56,129 nucleotides of DNA, from assembly GCA_038043045.1 (NCBI GenBank), contig JBBTCX010000158.1, positions 1 to 56,129 on the forward strand, given 5' to 3'. The translations under genes and the position numbers were made by a program. Each line of letters begins with the position of its first letter. The first letter of the stretch is position 1. Under the pieces are notes generated by a model. It was not told the origin of the DNA. It did no database searches and saw only the letters and a program-made list of their open reading frames with translations. This DNA comes from Planctomycetota bacterium (GTDB lineage Bacteria; Planctomycetota; Phycisphaerae; UBA1845). This document shows positions 9,831 through 19,589 of the stretch, in pieces.

Positions 9831-10544
9831 TTACTGCTTATCTGGAAAGTCCTTAGGGTCTGGTTCTGGAGGATTCCCAAGCTGTGAGAACACGACGCTC
9901 ATCCACGCGGGCGCTCTCAAACTCCTCCCTTTTCGCTCCGGGTCCGGCAGAATCACGTGAAACATCACCGCCGCCTCATCATGAAACCCCTCATCCGAAT
10001 CCGGATGAACCAACAATCCATCCGCGTGCGTATACACCCACCCGCCGGAGTACGTCGTCGTTGTCGCACCCGTATCCACGCTCAGCGAACCCAATTCCGT
10101 GAGCACCCCACCAGAAAGCGACAGATCAAGGTCCAACGTCCGAACCGCGTCGAACTCGACGATTTCCATTCTGAAATTCACGTTCCCCGTATCCGCATTG
10201 GCCACGATGGAAAGCTCTCCCGAACCGATGTCAGCACCGGGAACGGAAAGCGTCACAAACGCGAACGCCGACGAAATAGGCAGGCTCGACTGAAAGGTCG
10301 GCTCCGAAAGTCGCATACTCACCCCGACTGGTTCGCCAACTCCAGTCGCGGTCAACTCTTCCTCCGCCGTATCCAGAAAATCCGCAAGCGTCATCAAGCG
10401 CCAATAAGGGTCTGGCGTTCCCTGCCCCCCATCATCCATGTCGACCGGGCCATAAAGGTTCCGCTGCGGCTCACTCGTTCCCGTCCAAACGGGTCCGGTC
10501 TGAACTTGTGATAACAAGACCAAAGACAAAAACAGAGTTTTCAT
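9831..10544 (-). CDS. Hypothetical secreted protein
   Basis: GGAG RBS, MKTLFLSLVLL signal-like start, acidic beta-rich body; no family recognised. Confidence 0.65.
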   Translation of the reverse strand: MKTLFLSLVLLSQVQTGPVWTGTSEPQRNLYGPVDMDDGGQGTPDPYWRLMTLADFLDTAEEELTATGVGEPVGVSMRLSEPTFQSSLPISSAFAFVTLSVPGADIGSGELSIVANADTGNVNFRMEIVEFDAVRTLDLDLSLSGGVLTELGSLSVDTGATTTTYSGGWVYTHADGLLVHPDSDEGFHDEAAVMFHVILPDPERKGRSLRAPAWMSVVFSQLGNPPEPDPKDFPDKQ

Positions 10545-10768
10545 GTGAGTTTCTCCAAGAAAAGGACTTCGAAAAGGTACGCGAGCATTCTACTCAAGAA
10601 CCTATTCATTGATTTACTGGAACCTTGCCTTGTGTCAAGACCTGAAATCTGGATACAAGTTTTTGACGCCCTTCTTGCGTAACGGTCAACGATTGGTCAT
10701 AATCCTCGTGATCCCTCGAACGTGTATCGAGGATAGATCTTTTTCATATGTCCCTTTTGGAGGCTGGA

Positions 10769-11518
10769 ATGGGGGAAACGCTCGATCGGTTGCGACGCCT
10801 TCAAACCGTGGAAACCAAGCTCGCCGTGATCCGACGAGCGATCGATACCAAAGCGCGTCAAGTCGACCTCAAACGAAAGAATGTCCTCAAGGCCGAAGAA
10901 CGACTGAAGGAACATCACAAAGCCGTTCGTGAGCTGCAAATCAAGATTGACGGGCTTTCCTTGGAAGTGGAATCCCGAGAAGATTCCATCGCCAAGCATC
11001 GTGAAGCACTCAACAAAGCAAAAACCAACAAAGAATACGCCGCCATTTTGACGGCCATGAACACCGAAAAGGCGGACAATTCCAAAGAGGAGTCGGAATT
11101 GCTCTGCCTCATGGACAACTTGCAGGTGCTTAAGAAAACGGAATCGGAGATTGAAGAGGATCAGAAAAAGTGGCAGTCCGAAGTTGCTGCGGTGGAAGCT
11201 ACGGTCGCGGCTTTTGAAAAACAGTGCGAAGCCGAACTCACTCAACTCACGACCCAACGGGATCAATGTGCTTCTGGAATTGTGGCGGGGGCCTTGTCGG
11301 TTTTCAATCGCGTCGCCGAACGGCACGATGGGGAAGCACTAGCCCCGGTTATTAAGGTCTACCCGAAACGGGAGGAGTTTTCATGTTCGGGTTGCAATAT
11401 TAAATTGACACTGGAAGTTGTAAATAGCCTTCGAACGCGCGAAGACTTGCAAATTTGCCATGTTTGTGGCCGGATTCTCTACTTGGAATCCCAAGCGACC
11501 CTGCGCACCGGGTCGTGA
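10769..11518 (+). CDS. Coiled-coil protein with C-terminal C4 zinc ribbon (zf-RING_7 / CT398-like)
   Basis: Long coiled coil with KTNKEYAA, then CSGC...CHVCGRILY; GGAGG RBS before ATG 10769. Confidence 0.92.
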   Translation: MGETLDRLRRLQTVETKLAVIRRAIDTKARQVDLKRKNVLKAEERLKEHHKAVRELQIKIDGLSLEVESREDSIAKHREALNKAKTNKEYAAILTAMNTEKADNSKEESELLCLMDNLQVLKKTESEIEEDQKKWQSEVAAVEATVAAFEKQCEAELTQLTTQRDQCASGIVAGALSVFNRVAERHDGEALAPVIKVYPKREEFSCSGCNIKLTLEVVNSLRTREDLQICHVCGRILYLESQATLRTGS

Positions 11519-11555
11519 GCTGGTCAGAAATGACCACTGACTCTAATCGGCCCGC

Positions 11556-11765
11556 TCAGGTTGAGAGTTCGTTTTGCATGCCGTCCAAGGCAGGGTCGAT
11601 TTTGCTCCGCAGTTCGTAACCGCCGACTTGTAGCGCCTGCCGAACTAAACGAACTTTTTCCAACCTTACGGGGGGGACTTGGACGAGTTGATCCACCCAG
11701 TTTTGGAGTTCCTTTTTGGAAAGTCCCGCGTGTCGCAATCTGGCCTTCAGTCTTCCTGAGCACAT
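11556..11765 (-). CDS. FlgM-like anti-sigma-28 small protein
   Basis: VRLEKVRLVRQALQVGGYELRSKIDPALD resembles the FlgM C-terminal motif (R.xKV..ir..I..G.Y). Confidence 0.6.
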   Translation of the reverse strand: MCSGRLKARLRHAGLSKKELQNWVDQLVQVPPVRLEKVRLVRQALQVGGYELRSKIDPALDGMQNELST

Positions 11766-12034
11766 GGATTGATCTCTCCGTGATCTACGTAAGAAGCCAA
11801 AGAGCCTTCATCCGTTCAGGCCCGTGATTTACCCGCTTCTTGAAAACCTTGGAAATATCGATCATTCCCGTGAACCGGTTAAGCAAGTTCCGATAGCTTG
11901 GTTCGCGCAGTCAACCTTTAAGGGCGATGGGGGAGATTCTTTGCAAGCGTTCCTGCGTTTCCTCTTGACGGGCCGGGTTGAAGTGACCGATAACATGTAG
12001 GATTGCAAGATTGGTAATCGGTAGGGCAAACGTC

Positions 12035-12745
12035 GTGATCAACAAGTCGTGGGTTCAGTTGGCGGTAGCATGTTGTTTGATCCTTGCACAGTCGGGTTGT
12101 AAGTCGAACCGGTCCAAACAAGTGGCCTCGGTTGAATCCCAGCCGCCGTTGCGCGATTATCGTTGTCGGCCGACTCATCCGCCGCCGGTTTGGGCGGGCC
12201 CGTCGCAAGCTCCCGCCGCTCCTCGCATCGCCGGTCCGTCGGTGATTCGTCCCGGACCCTGGCTTCCTGCCGGCAGACCGATCAGTCCGCGATGGAACTA
12301 CGTCGTGATTCATCACAGTGCCACACCGGCGGGCGGGGCACGAGCGTTTGATCGACATCACCGTTCCAACGGTTGGGATGAGCTGGGATACCACTTCGTG
12401 ATAGGCAACGGGTCTCAAACCCCGGACGGATTTGTCGAAGTGGGACCACGATGGCATAAACAAAAGCACGGCGCGCATTGCAAGACACCGGGGAACTATT
12501 ACAACGAGCACGGAATCGGTATTTGCTTGGTCGGGGACTTTACCTCGACTCGCCCAACGAAGAAGCAGCTCGCATCCTTGGCCCGACTCACGCGATTTCT
12601 TTGTCAATCGTGCGGAATTCCCGCTGAACGGGTCACCACCCATGCGGGGGTAACGCACAAAACCCAGTGTCCAGGTCGGAATTTCCCCCTTCAGCATCTT
12701 CGAGACGCGATTCGCAGCCCCGCGCTTGCGGGAGACTTCCGATAA
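12035..12745 (+). CDS. N-acetylmuramoyl-L-alanine amidase (Amidase_2/PGRP family) lipoprotein
   Basis: QSGC lipobox; VVIHHSAT, LGYHFVIGNG, GAH, GIGICLVGDF and H...TQCPG Zn-binding motifs. Confidence 0.93.
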   Translation: MINKSWVQLAVACCLILAQSGCKSNRSKQVASVESQPPLRDYRCRPTHPPPVWAGPSQAPAAPRIAGPSVIRPGPWLPAGRPISPRWNYVVIHHSATPAGGARAFDRHHRSNGWDELGYHFVIGNGSQTPDGFVEVGPRWHKQKHGAHCKTPGNYYNEHGIGICLVGDFTSTRPTKKQLASLARLTRFLCQSCGIPAERVTTHAGVTHKTQCPGRNFPLQHLRDAIRSPALAGDFR

Positions 12746-13010
12746 AGATTCGCAGTGGCCGCTTTCACTACGATGGCGTTGTAAAGTGAGCGTAAACGAG
12801 ACAGGATATCGGATGTTCTCAACTGCGGCCCAAAGCGGTCCGATGGGTACAAGAAGCCGATAAGACTCGGTGCGTTTCCTGCCCGATAACGTTGATCGGC
12901 GGGGAAGAAATGCTACCATTCAAGGGCCTGGGCAGGCATGCTTCCGGTTCTTCGAAGAAGACGGGGTGTAGGTACGCGAAAGTTCGCCGAAGGAGCGAAG
13001 GAGTAAAGCG

Positions 13011-13235
13011 ATGAAGGCAAAAAAAAATCGAGCGCGTTGTCTGCGAGTTGCGGCGGCATTGGCCGTTGGGGGGTCCATGTTTCAGTTGAGCGGGTGCGAT
13101 CCTGCGGTACGTGGCGCTTTGCTTACCGGGTTGGAAGAAACGACGTCCAGTCTTTCCGGCGCTCTCATCTCCGCGTTCTTCATCAGCCTGGAAGACGACA
13201 CGGGAACGGCGTCCGATTCCCTCAGCACGACGTAA
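13011..13235 (+). CDS. Small hypothetical lipoprotein-like protein (74 aa)
   Basis: AGGAG RBS, basic N-terminus, hydrophobic stretch, LSGC lipobox-like motif. Confidence 0.7.
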   Translation: MKAKKNRARCLRVAAALAVGGSMFQLSGCDPAVRGALLTGLEETTSSLSGALISAFFISLEDDTGTASDSLSTT

Positions 13236-13295
13236 GCGTTGGCGTCGGAGGACGGAAACGGCCTCTCGCTTATTCCTAAGAAGCAATCGCTCTTA

Positions 13296-16200
13296 TCACG
13301 CTTTCGAAAGGGCGATGTCCAAAGTTTCTCCCTCGATCCGAACGGAAGCGGTAGCGTGCGCGCTGCCGCTTTTCTCCTTGGTGATTCGGGTGGCCAAGGT
13401 TTCGCGTTGGATGTACTCCGCGAATTGCTCCGCGGCGAGGCTTAGCGGCGTCGAGCTTGTCACCAAACTAAGGTGGATTCGGTCCTCCATCTCTAGGTTC
13501 GCGTCCTTGCGAAGATTCTGCACATTTCGAATGATGTCTCGTGCAAGACCTTCGCTTTTCAGATCGGGCGTCATGCGCGTGTCCAATAGAACGACGGTAT
13601 CTCCTTCTTCCATCGCCGCCCAGCCTTCACTGTAGCTTTTGGTCACCACGATCTCCGCCGGTTCCAGTGACAGCCGCTGTCCCTCAAAATCGATTTCCAC
13701 TTGACGACCGCCCGCCACCGCGGCTGAAACCGCGGGCCCATCGCCCGCCGCAAGCACTTTGGAAACGGCACCTGCTTTCCCGCCGTACTTTGGACCCAAC
13801 AATGCCATGTTCCCTTTCAGCGTAACCGTGCACATGTCGGCGACGGAGGTACGAATGTCGATCCGCTTGACATTGAGTTCCTCAAGGACGTGGGCCTGCA
13901 TTTCCTCGACGGCCTTTCGGGCAAGTTCGTTACCAGAGGCTACAATCATCGCCGCCAATGGTTGGCGTATTTTCAACTTCGTGGTGGTACGAATCGAACG
14001 GGCCATCGAGACGACGCGAAGGAGCAATTGCATTTTCTCGGAGAGTTCGTGATCGATTTTGCGCTCGTCCGCCTGCGGGAATTCGCACAAATGCACGCTT
14101 TCCGCAACGCCGTTTCGCTGTTTCGCCACCAGATTCTGATACATCGCCTCCGAAACAAAGGGAACGATCGGGGCCATGACCTCGGTGAGAGTAGTGAGCA
14201 CTTCATAAAGCGTTTGATAAGCGGCTTGTTTATCTGTGTCTCCCTCGGAGACGCCGCGCCAGAAGCGTCGTCGATTGCGCCGAACGTACCATTGGCTTAG
14301 ATCATCGATGAACCGCCCAATTCGGTGACAAATCGGAGCGAGTTCATGCTTTTCAAAATGTTCCTTGGCCGCGAGGATGACCAATTGTAGATCGGAGAGG
14401 ATCCAACGGTCGATGACCTGTCGTTGTTCAAGCGGCAACGCCACCACGTTCGGATCAAATCCGTCCAATCGCGCGTAATTACAAAAGAACGCATAGGTGT
14501 TCCAAAGGGGCAAGAGGACCTTTCGACGAGTTTCATCCGCCGGTGTCGAGCTCACTCGACACAGAGGTTGCCCATCCACGTTTTGGGTCATCTTGAGCCC
14601 GTCAGCGCCGTCGATGGTGATTTCGTCTTCGGGGTGGCGAAGACCAAACGGCAGGTCGACCGTCGGCGATTGGGCACAATACATCCAGCGCATCGTGTCT
14701 ACGCCGATTTGTTCGGCAGCCTCCTCGAACCATATCGCGGTCCCATCGGATTTGTGCATCGCCCGGCGGTTTTCATCGAGCACCAAAGCATGCCCCAGCA
14801 AATTCTTGAACGGCGGACGCGGATTCGGCGAACCCAGCTCCATCATCGTGCTCATCGCCAGGATGGAATAAAACCAATTGCGGAATTGGCCTTGGAAATT
14901 CTCCGTGATCAAATCCGCCGGAATCCACTGCTCCCAGTAATCGCGGTTGGTGTTGTAGTGCGTCGTTGAGTAGGCCACGATCCCGGCGTCAAGCCAAGGA
15001 TTTCCCACGTCGGGAACACGCGAAACTTCGGAGTTGCCGCATTTTTCGCAACGAATTTTGATCGCATCGATATGCGGGCGGTGGGGGGTGTGACCCTCGA
15101 ATTCCTCCCAACCGGACACCGTCTTCGACTTCAGCTCCTCATAACCGCCCATCACCTCGAAGTGCCCGCAACGTCTGCATTCCCAAATGGGTAACGCCAA
15201 TCCCCAGTAGCGCTTCTTCGAGATCATCCAGTCTTTCATGGTGGTGAGCCAATCGAGCTCGCGCTCCAACCCTCGCATCGCCGGCGGCAGCCACTCCACT
15301 CGCCTCGCCATGGTTTTGATGTCTTCTCGCCACGCCATCGAGATGAACCACTCATCCACGAGTCGGAACACCAATTCATCACCCGTTCGCCAACAGTGCG
15401 GGTAAATGTGCGGATATTGCTCGGCGGCTAGGAGGAGCTTTTTCTCCCGCAGATCCGCCAACAACATCTCCACCGTTTCTTTGTCGATGGCCCGTTTTCC
15501 GGTGAATTTGCCGAACCCTTCAATGAAACAACCGGTTTCATCGAGAGGAGCGATCGCCACAAGTTTCTGTTGCCGCCCCCAAAGATGGTCCACGTCGCCG
15601 CTTCCCGGGGCCGAATGCACGATCCCCGTACCTTCGCCGGCCACGACGTAGGTAATACCTTTACCATCTCTTCCGGGGTCGAAAACACGGTGGCCTTCCT
15701 TTCCGCTGGGCCAATCTCGCTCATCTTGCGGTATGAGGTCCAGAGGTTGGGCATATCCGCCTCGTCGTTGCTGGGCGGGAAGTTCGTCGAAAGGACCGTC
15801 GTAAGTCCACCCGACCAACTGCTTGCCGGGGATTGTTCCTTCGGAGGTGTATCCACCTTGTTCCTGGAAGATTTGATGAAGCGTGCGCAGTTTCGGCACG
15901 TCCTTAGGCCAAGGTGAATTCCCAAACCCTTCCTTGTATTCCTTGGCCAATCTTTGGAAATTCAAATTCGCCTCGGCCAGGTAATAGAGCGCCCCGTCTT
16001 TCTTGGCCCGAAGCTTGACGTAGTTGAGTTCGGAATTGACCGCCGCTCCGGTGTTCGAGGTCAACGTCCACGGCGTCGTCGTCCAGATCAAAAGAAATTC
16101 ATTGGACCGCCCTCGAATGGGAAACCGCACGAACACCGACGTATGCGTGACCAGTCGGCGACCCTCGGCGATTTCCATGTGCGAGTAGGCCGACCCCGCT

Positions 16201-16754
16201 CGACCCGACCAAGGCATGACATCCGTACCCTTGTAGAGAAATCCGAGCTTGTGGCACTTTTTCAGGAACGACCAGATGGTGTAGTTATTCTCATCCGACA
16301 TGGTGAAGTACGAATTGTCCCAATCCATCCAGTAACCAAGCCTTTTGGATTGTTCCGCTTGGATGGACGCGTACTTCCGAACTCGGGCCTTGCAGGCGTC
16401 GGTGAATTTTTCCAACCCGTAATTTTCGATGTCCCGCTTGGTGGAAAGTCCAAGCTCCTTTTCAACCTCGACTTCGACCCATAACCCTTGGCAATCGAAG
16501 CCGTTTTGATAACGCAGCTCCCTCCGATTCGCCGCGTAATATCTTTGAAAAACATCCTTATAGGTCCGCCCCCAAGCGTGATGCACGCCCATTGGATTAT
16601 TGGCCGTGATGGGTCCGTCGAGAAACGACCACTTCGGTTTTCCGCGATTGATCTCACGCAGCTTTTCGAATATCTGTGCTTGGTCCCAAAATGCCAGCGT
16701 CTGTCGCTCCATCGCGGGGAAATCCACGGACGTATCTACTTTTTCAAAGGGCAT
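13296..16754 (-). CDS. ileS: Isoleucyl-tRNA synthetase, type 2
   Basis: DGPITAN, GFDCQGL, WTTTPWTL, GTGIVH, HCWR, DWMISKKRYWG; long C-terminal extension without Zn finger; HIGH position reads GVHH and KMSKS position reads AMHKS. Confidence 0.96.
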   Translation of the reverse strand: MPFEKVDTSVDFPAMERQTLAFWDQAQIFEKLREINRGKPKWSFLDGPITANNPMGVHHAWGRTYKDVFQRYYAANRRELRYQNGFDCQGLWVEVEVEKELGLSTKRDIENYGLEKFTDACKARVRKYASIQAEQSKRLGYWMDWDNSYFTMSDENNYTIWSFLKKCHKLGFLYKGTDVMPWSGRAGSAYSHMEIAEGRRLVTHTSVFVRFPIRGRSNEFLLIWTTTPWTLTSNTGAAVNSELNYVKLRAKKDGALYYLAEANLNFQRLAKEYKEGFGNSPWPKDVPKLRTLHQIFQEQGGYTSEGTIPGKQLVGWTYDGPFDELPAQQRRGGYAQPLDLIPQDERDWPSGKEGHRVFDPGRDGKGITYVVAGEGTGIVHSAPGSGDVDHLWGRQQKLVAIAPLDETGCFIEGFGKFTGKRAIDKETVEMLLADLREKKLLLAAEQYPHIYPHCWRTGDELVFRLVDEWFISMAWREDIKTMARRVEWLPPAMRGLERELDWLTTMKDWMISKKRYWGLALPIWECRRCGHFEVMGGYEELKSKTVSGWEEFEGHTPHRPHIDAIKIRCEKCGNSEVSRVPDVGNPWLDAGIVAYSTTHYNTNRDYWEQWIPADLITENFQGQFRNWFYSILAMSTMMELGSPNPRPPFKNLLGHALVLDENRRAMHKSDGTAIWFEEAAEQIGVDTMRWMYCAQSPTVDLPFGLRHPEDEITIDGADGLKMTQNVDGQPLCRVSSTPADETRRKVLLPLWNTYAFFCNYARLDGFDPNVVALPLEQRQVIDRWILSDLQLVILAAKEHFEKHELAPICHRIGRFIDDLSQWYVRRNRRRFWRGVSEGDTDKQAAYQTLYEVLTTLTEVMAPIVPFVSEAMYQNLVAKQRNGVAESVHLCEFPQADERKIDHELSEKMQLLLRVVSMARSIRTTTKLKIRQPLAAMIVASGNELARKAVEEMQAHVLEELNVKRIDIRTSVADMCTVTLKGNMALLGPKYGGKAGAVSKVLAAGDGPAVSAAVAGGRQVEIDFEGQRLSLEPAEIVVTKSYSEGWAAMEEGDTVVLLDTRMTPDLKSEGLARDIIRNVQNLRKDANLEMEDRIHLSLVTSSTPLSLAAEQFAEYIQRETLATRITKEKSGSAHATASVRIEGETLDIALSKA

Positions 16755-17032
16755 TCCAGGCTCCCTTAAGATGCACAACTCAATCAAACGTCGGGCAACG
16801 GCCCATCAAACAAGGGAATATAGCGGGAACACGGCCAATGTTGAACCGCCTGTATGGAACGTCGTATCGAAATGACTCAGAACGAATTCATGGGTCCGCG
16901 AATATCCGTATTTGGTTACGCGGAAAAACATCGCGCACGTAGAGAGCATCGATGCTCAAGCAAGCGTTAGCCGCCGACGATAGGCTGATAAGGCTGTGGG
17001 TCTCCGCCCCTCGGGGTGGACAGCCTAATGTG

Positions 17033-17072
17033 GGGATCCGGGTTTCGGCGAGCTCGGGTCCCTCTTTTTTTT
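17033..17072 (+). terminator. Intrinsic terminator-like hairpin with T8 tract
   Basis: GGGATCCGGGTT/AGCTCGGGTCCC stem (G-U pairs) followed by TCTTTTTTTT. Confidence 0.55.
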
Positions 17073-17133
17073 GCTTCGATTCACCGACCGAGAGCTACAT
17101 CCTTCGTCCGAATGGATTCTTTCAACCCGATCC

Positions 17134-19356
17134 TCAATAGGCGATGCAGCTCAAGTGCCCGCTCGGACGCGCCGGAGGACCGAAAGTAGGTACGTGCGCG
17201 TTTGCCGCCTTAACGTCTGATCCATTGATTAACCCATCGCCGTTGATGTCTTTGCGTGGGTCACAATTCGACGCGCAAGGGTTTCCGGAATTGATAACCG
17301 ACAGGTCTGCATTTACCACGGAACAATCATTGTCCGCGTCGCCAACGAGAACCGGATACTGCACGCAGAATGGCTCAATCCCCGGCCAAGCCAAGTTGTG
17401 GATATCGTACCATTTTCCATGAGTCAACACGGTCCCGTTCTCTTGTATCTTGAGAACGCGCGGATTCCCTTGCCCGTCGTTCTCCACTGTGAAGGTAAAA
17501 CTGGCGGAAAGATCCGGCCCGAATTGACCACTATTCAGCATCTCGCTAATGACAACCTTGCCCGGAGGCGGCGCAGTAATGTCACACGCAAACGTCATCC
17601 GGAAAAAGTTGTTTGCGCTTCTCCAAAGGCAATTGGAATCCGGAGGATCCGACATGATCTTGGCGTAGAGCATCGGTCCTCCCTCGCAAACGTCCGGGAT
17701 CATGTTCGCGTTGCAGTCTGATTCCGGCTGCTGCAAATCACAAAAGTCTTCAATGAAATTCCCATCACAATCTTCGCTCGGATTCGGCTGAAACTCATAC
17801 GATCCCATGTCGACATAGGCACACTGCATCGGCGTTTGCGGCGCGCCTGCGCCATCATCCGTCGATGTATCATCGATCAGCCGAGGCCCCGATGCCAAGT
17901 CCGCATATTGCGGGGTCAGTTGCCCGGCAATCGCCATCTGCGCGTTGTCCCCGGAGTCGATGCATCGGTTTGCTTCATTGGCAGGGTGTGTGAGTTTGAA
18001 GTCGTTTACAGGATCATTATCCACAGTTCCAGCCGGGTCATAAAATCGCGGGTTGTCGGTTATATCTACGGTTCCAATGTTGGTGTTGGGATCGGGTACC
18101 TGGATGGGGCCCGAAATGTCGCTAAAAGTCGGGCGGTTTTGTGTATTGCTATGAAACACTTGTAGATTCGCTGCGGCCTCAAAGTTCGATATCTGTTTAC
18201 CGAAGTCGACGGCGTCGTTGCCCCAGATAATACTGTTGTACACGCGAACCGTTGCATCAAAAGTAACCGCCAAACCCCCTCCGCCGGCGCCCCCCAAACC
18301 ACTTGGACGGTTGGCGAAGTTTCCCGTCACCGTGCAATTGCGCATTTCCAGGTTGGTTCCATTGCCTCGGGCGCGAATCCCCGCCCCTAAGGACAGAGTC
18401 CCCAATACGCTGTTTCCAAGGCAAACATTGTTTGCAATCAAGGAGTTGATGATCTTCTGGGTCTGGGGCGATTGTGGGTCGTTCGACGCCTCAAGATACA
18501 CGCCGCCGCCAGTGACCCTGGCTGTGTTGTTCACGATGCGACAATTGATGATCTCCAGGTTCGCCGTCCCTTTGTTGCCGATTCCTCCTCCATGGCCGGA
18601 TTGGGAAGGATGGTACGCGGTGTTGTTGCTGATCTCCGAATTGATGATTCGAATGAGATAACCGGAAAGATTGTAAATTCCCGCTCCGGCGTGGTCCGCC
18701 CGGTTGTCCGTGATCGTGCAATTTCGGATCTCAAGAAAACCCAAGGGCGGCGTGCACTCCGGGTCCCATGGCGGGCATTGCGGAAACCCGCTCAGGCGAA
18801 TCCCCCCTCCGCCCGGTTCATCCCCGTACAGAAAAAAGCCCCCCGCGTTTCCGCCTCGTATGGTGAATCCATCCAAGATCCCGACAAACTCGAAAAAATC
18901 CTCTTCGAACCCCTGAACATTCACCACGTGATGGCTGTTATCTCCGCGATTCACAAAATTCGGCAGGTCGTTTCCGAGCAGATCGCCGCTGAGGTTGGTG
19001 AGGTTGGTCGCAACATTGCGCTGAACAACGGAAGTCTCGAATCCAGCAAACCCACCCCAGATCGTGACCTTGTAAGGCAAGCGAAAACTGATCTCGCGGT
19101 CGGCCTCCGTGCAGGTCGTACAGTTAACCGGTTTGTACGTCCCCGCCTTGACCCAGATATCGTCGCTGGGGAGCGCCGCACTGAGTGCGTCTTGCAAGTT
19201 TCGATACCCTCGATCCCACGTGGACCCGTCAACCGGCGTCCCCGTTCCGGCAGGATTGACTCTTCTAGTGGTCGCGGCTTCGACATGCATCGAACCGAGT
19301 GCCGCTACAATACCAATACATCTCACACCGACGCCAAAAAGGTTAGACCGCTTCAT
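17134..19356 (-). CDS. Secreted right-handed beta-helix protein with choice-of-anchor-Q-like motif and dockerin-like C-terminus
   Basis: Signal peptide; DGSTW..GY.NLQDAL and DDIWVKAGTYKP; GGGI/N..I..N repeats; CIDSGDN...DL...PR...VDMGSYEFQ; DCxxNxIxDxC; C-terminal DADNDCSV...DINGDGLINGSDV. GGAGG RBS supports start 19356. Confidence 0.88.
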   Translation of the reverse strand: MKRSNLFGVGVRCIGIVAALGSMHVEAATTRRVNPAGTGTPVDGSTWDRGYRNLQDALSAALPSDDIWVKAGTYKPVNCTTCTEADREISFRLPYKVTIWGGFAGFETSVVQRNVATNLTNLSGDLLGNDLPNFVNRGDNSHHVVNVQGFEEDFFEFVGILDGFTIRGGNAGGFFLYGDEPGGGGIRLSGFPQCPPWDPECTPPLGFLEIRNCTITDNRADHAGAGIYNLSGYLIRIINSEISNNTAYHPSQSGHGGGIGNKGTANLEIINCRIVNNTARVTGGGVYLEASNDPQSPQTQKIINSLIANNVCLGNSVLGTLSLGAGIRARGNGTNLEMRNCTVTGNFANRPSGLGGAGGGGLAVTFDATVRVYNSIIWGNDAVDFGKQISNFEAAANLQVFHSNTQNRPTFSDISGPIQVPDPNTNIGTVDITDNPRFYDPAGTVDNDPVNDFKLTHPANEANRCIDSGDNAQMAIAGQLTPQYADLASGPRLIDDTSTDDGAGAPQTPMQCAYVDMGSYEFQPNPSEDCDGNFIEDFCDLQQPESDCNANMIPDVCEGGPMLYAKIMSDPPDSNCLWRSANNFFRMTFACDITAPPPGKVVISEMLNSGQFGPDLSASFTFTVENDGQGNPRVLKIQENGTVLTHGKWYDIHNLAWPGIEPFCVQYPVLVGDADNDCSVVNADLSVINSGNPCASNCDPRKDINGDGLINGSDVKAANAHVPTFGPPARPSGHLSCIAY

Positions 19357-19409
19357 GAACATTCCTCCAAATGCGAACCCAGTGATGACAGAAAACCGAC
19401 AGAGATCGT

Positions 19410-19436
19410 ATTTTATGGGGGGGGGGGCGCTGTCAA
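19410..19436 (-). promoter_or_regulatory. Sigma70 promoter TTGACA-N15-TAAAAT with C11 homopolymer in the spacer
   Basis: tgtcaa at 19431-19436, G11 at 19417-19427, atttta at 19410-19415 on the + strand. Confidence 0.7.
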
Positions 19437-19589
19437 GCAAATTCTCTCAAAAAAAATAAAAAATTATTTTTCATTTTTCCACCCGCCGAAATCCTTCGAG
19501 CGGTGTTATATAATGGAGTGAATGAGGCATTGACGTTGGCCTAAAAGATTGGTCCGCGCTCGGCAGACTGCTTGTAAAGTCGAAAGCAA

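Noticed and set aside
11918-12919. 333-aa minus-strand ORF
   Set aside because: Antisense shadow of the amidase gene; no motifs
18472-19521. Long + strand ORF (likewise 31173..32450 and 54623..55789)
   Set aside because: Antisense shadows of well-supported minus-strand genes, common in GC-rich DNA
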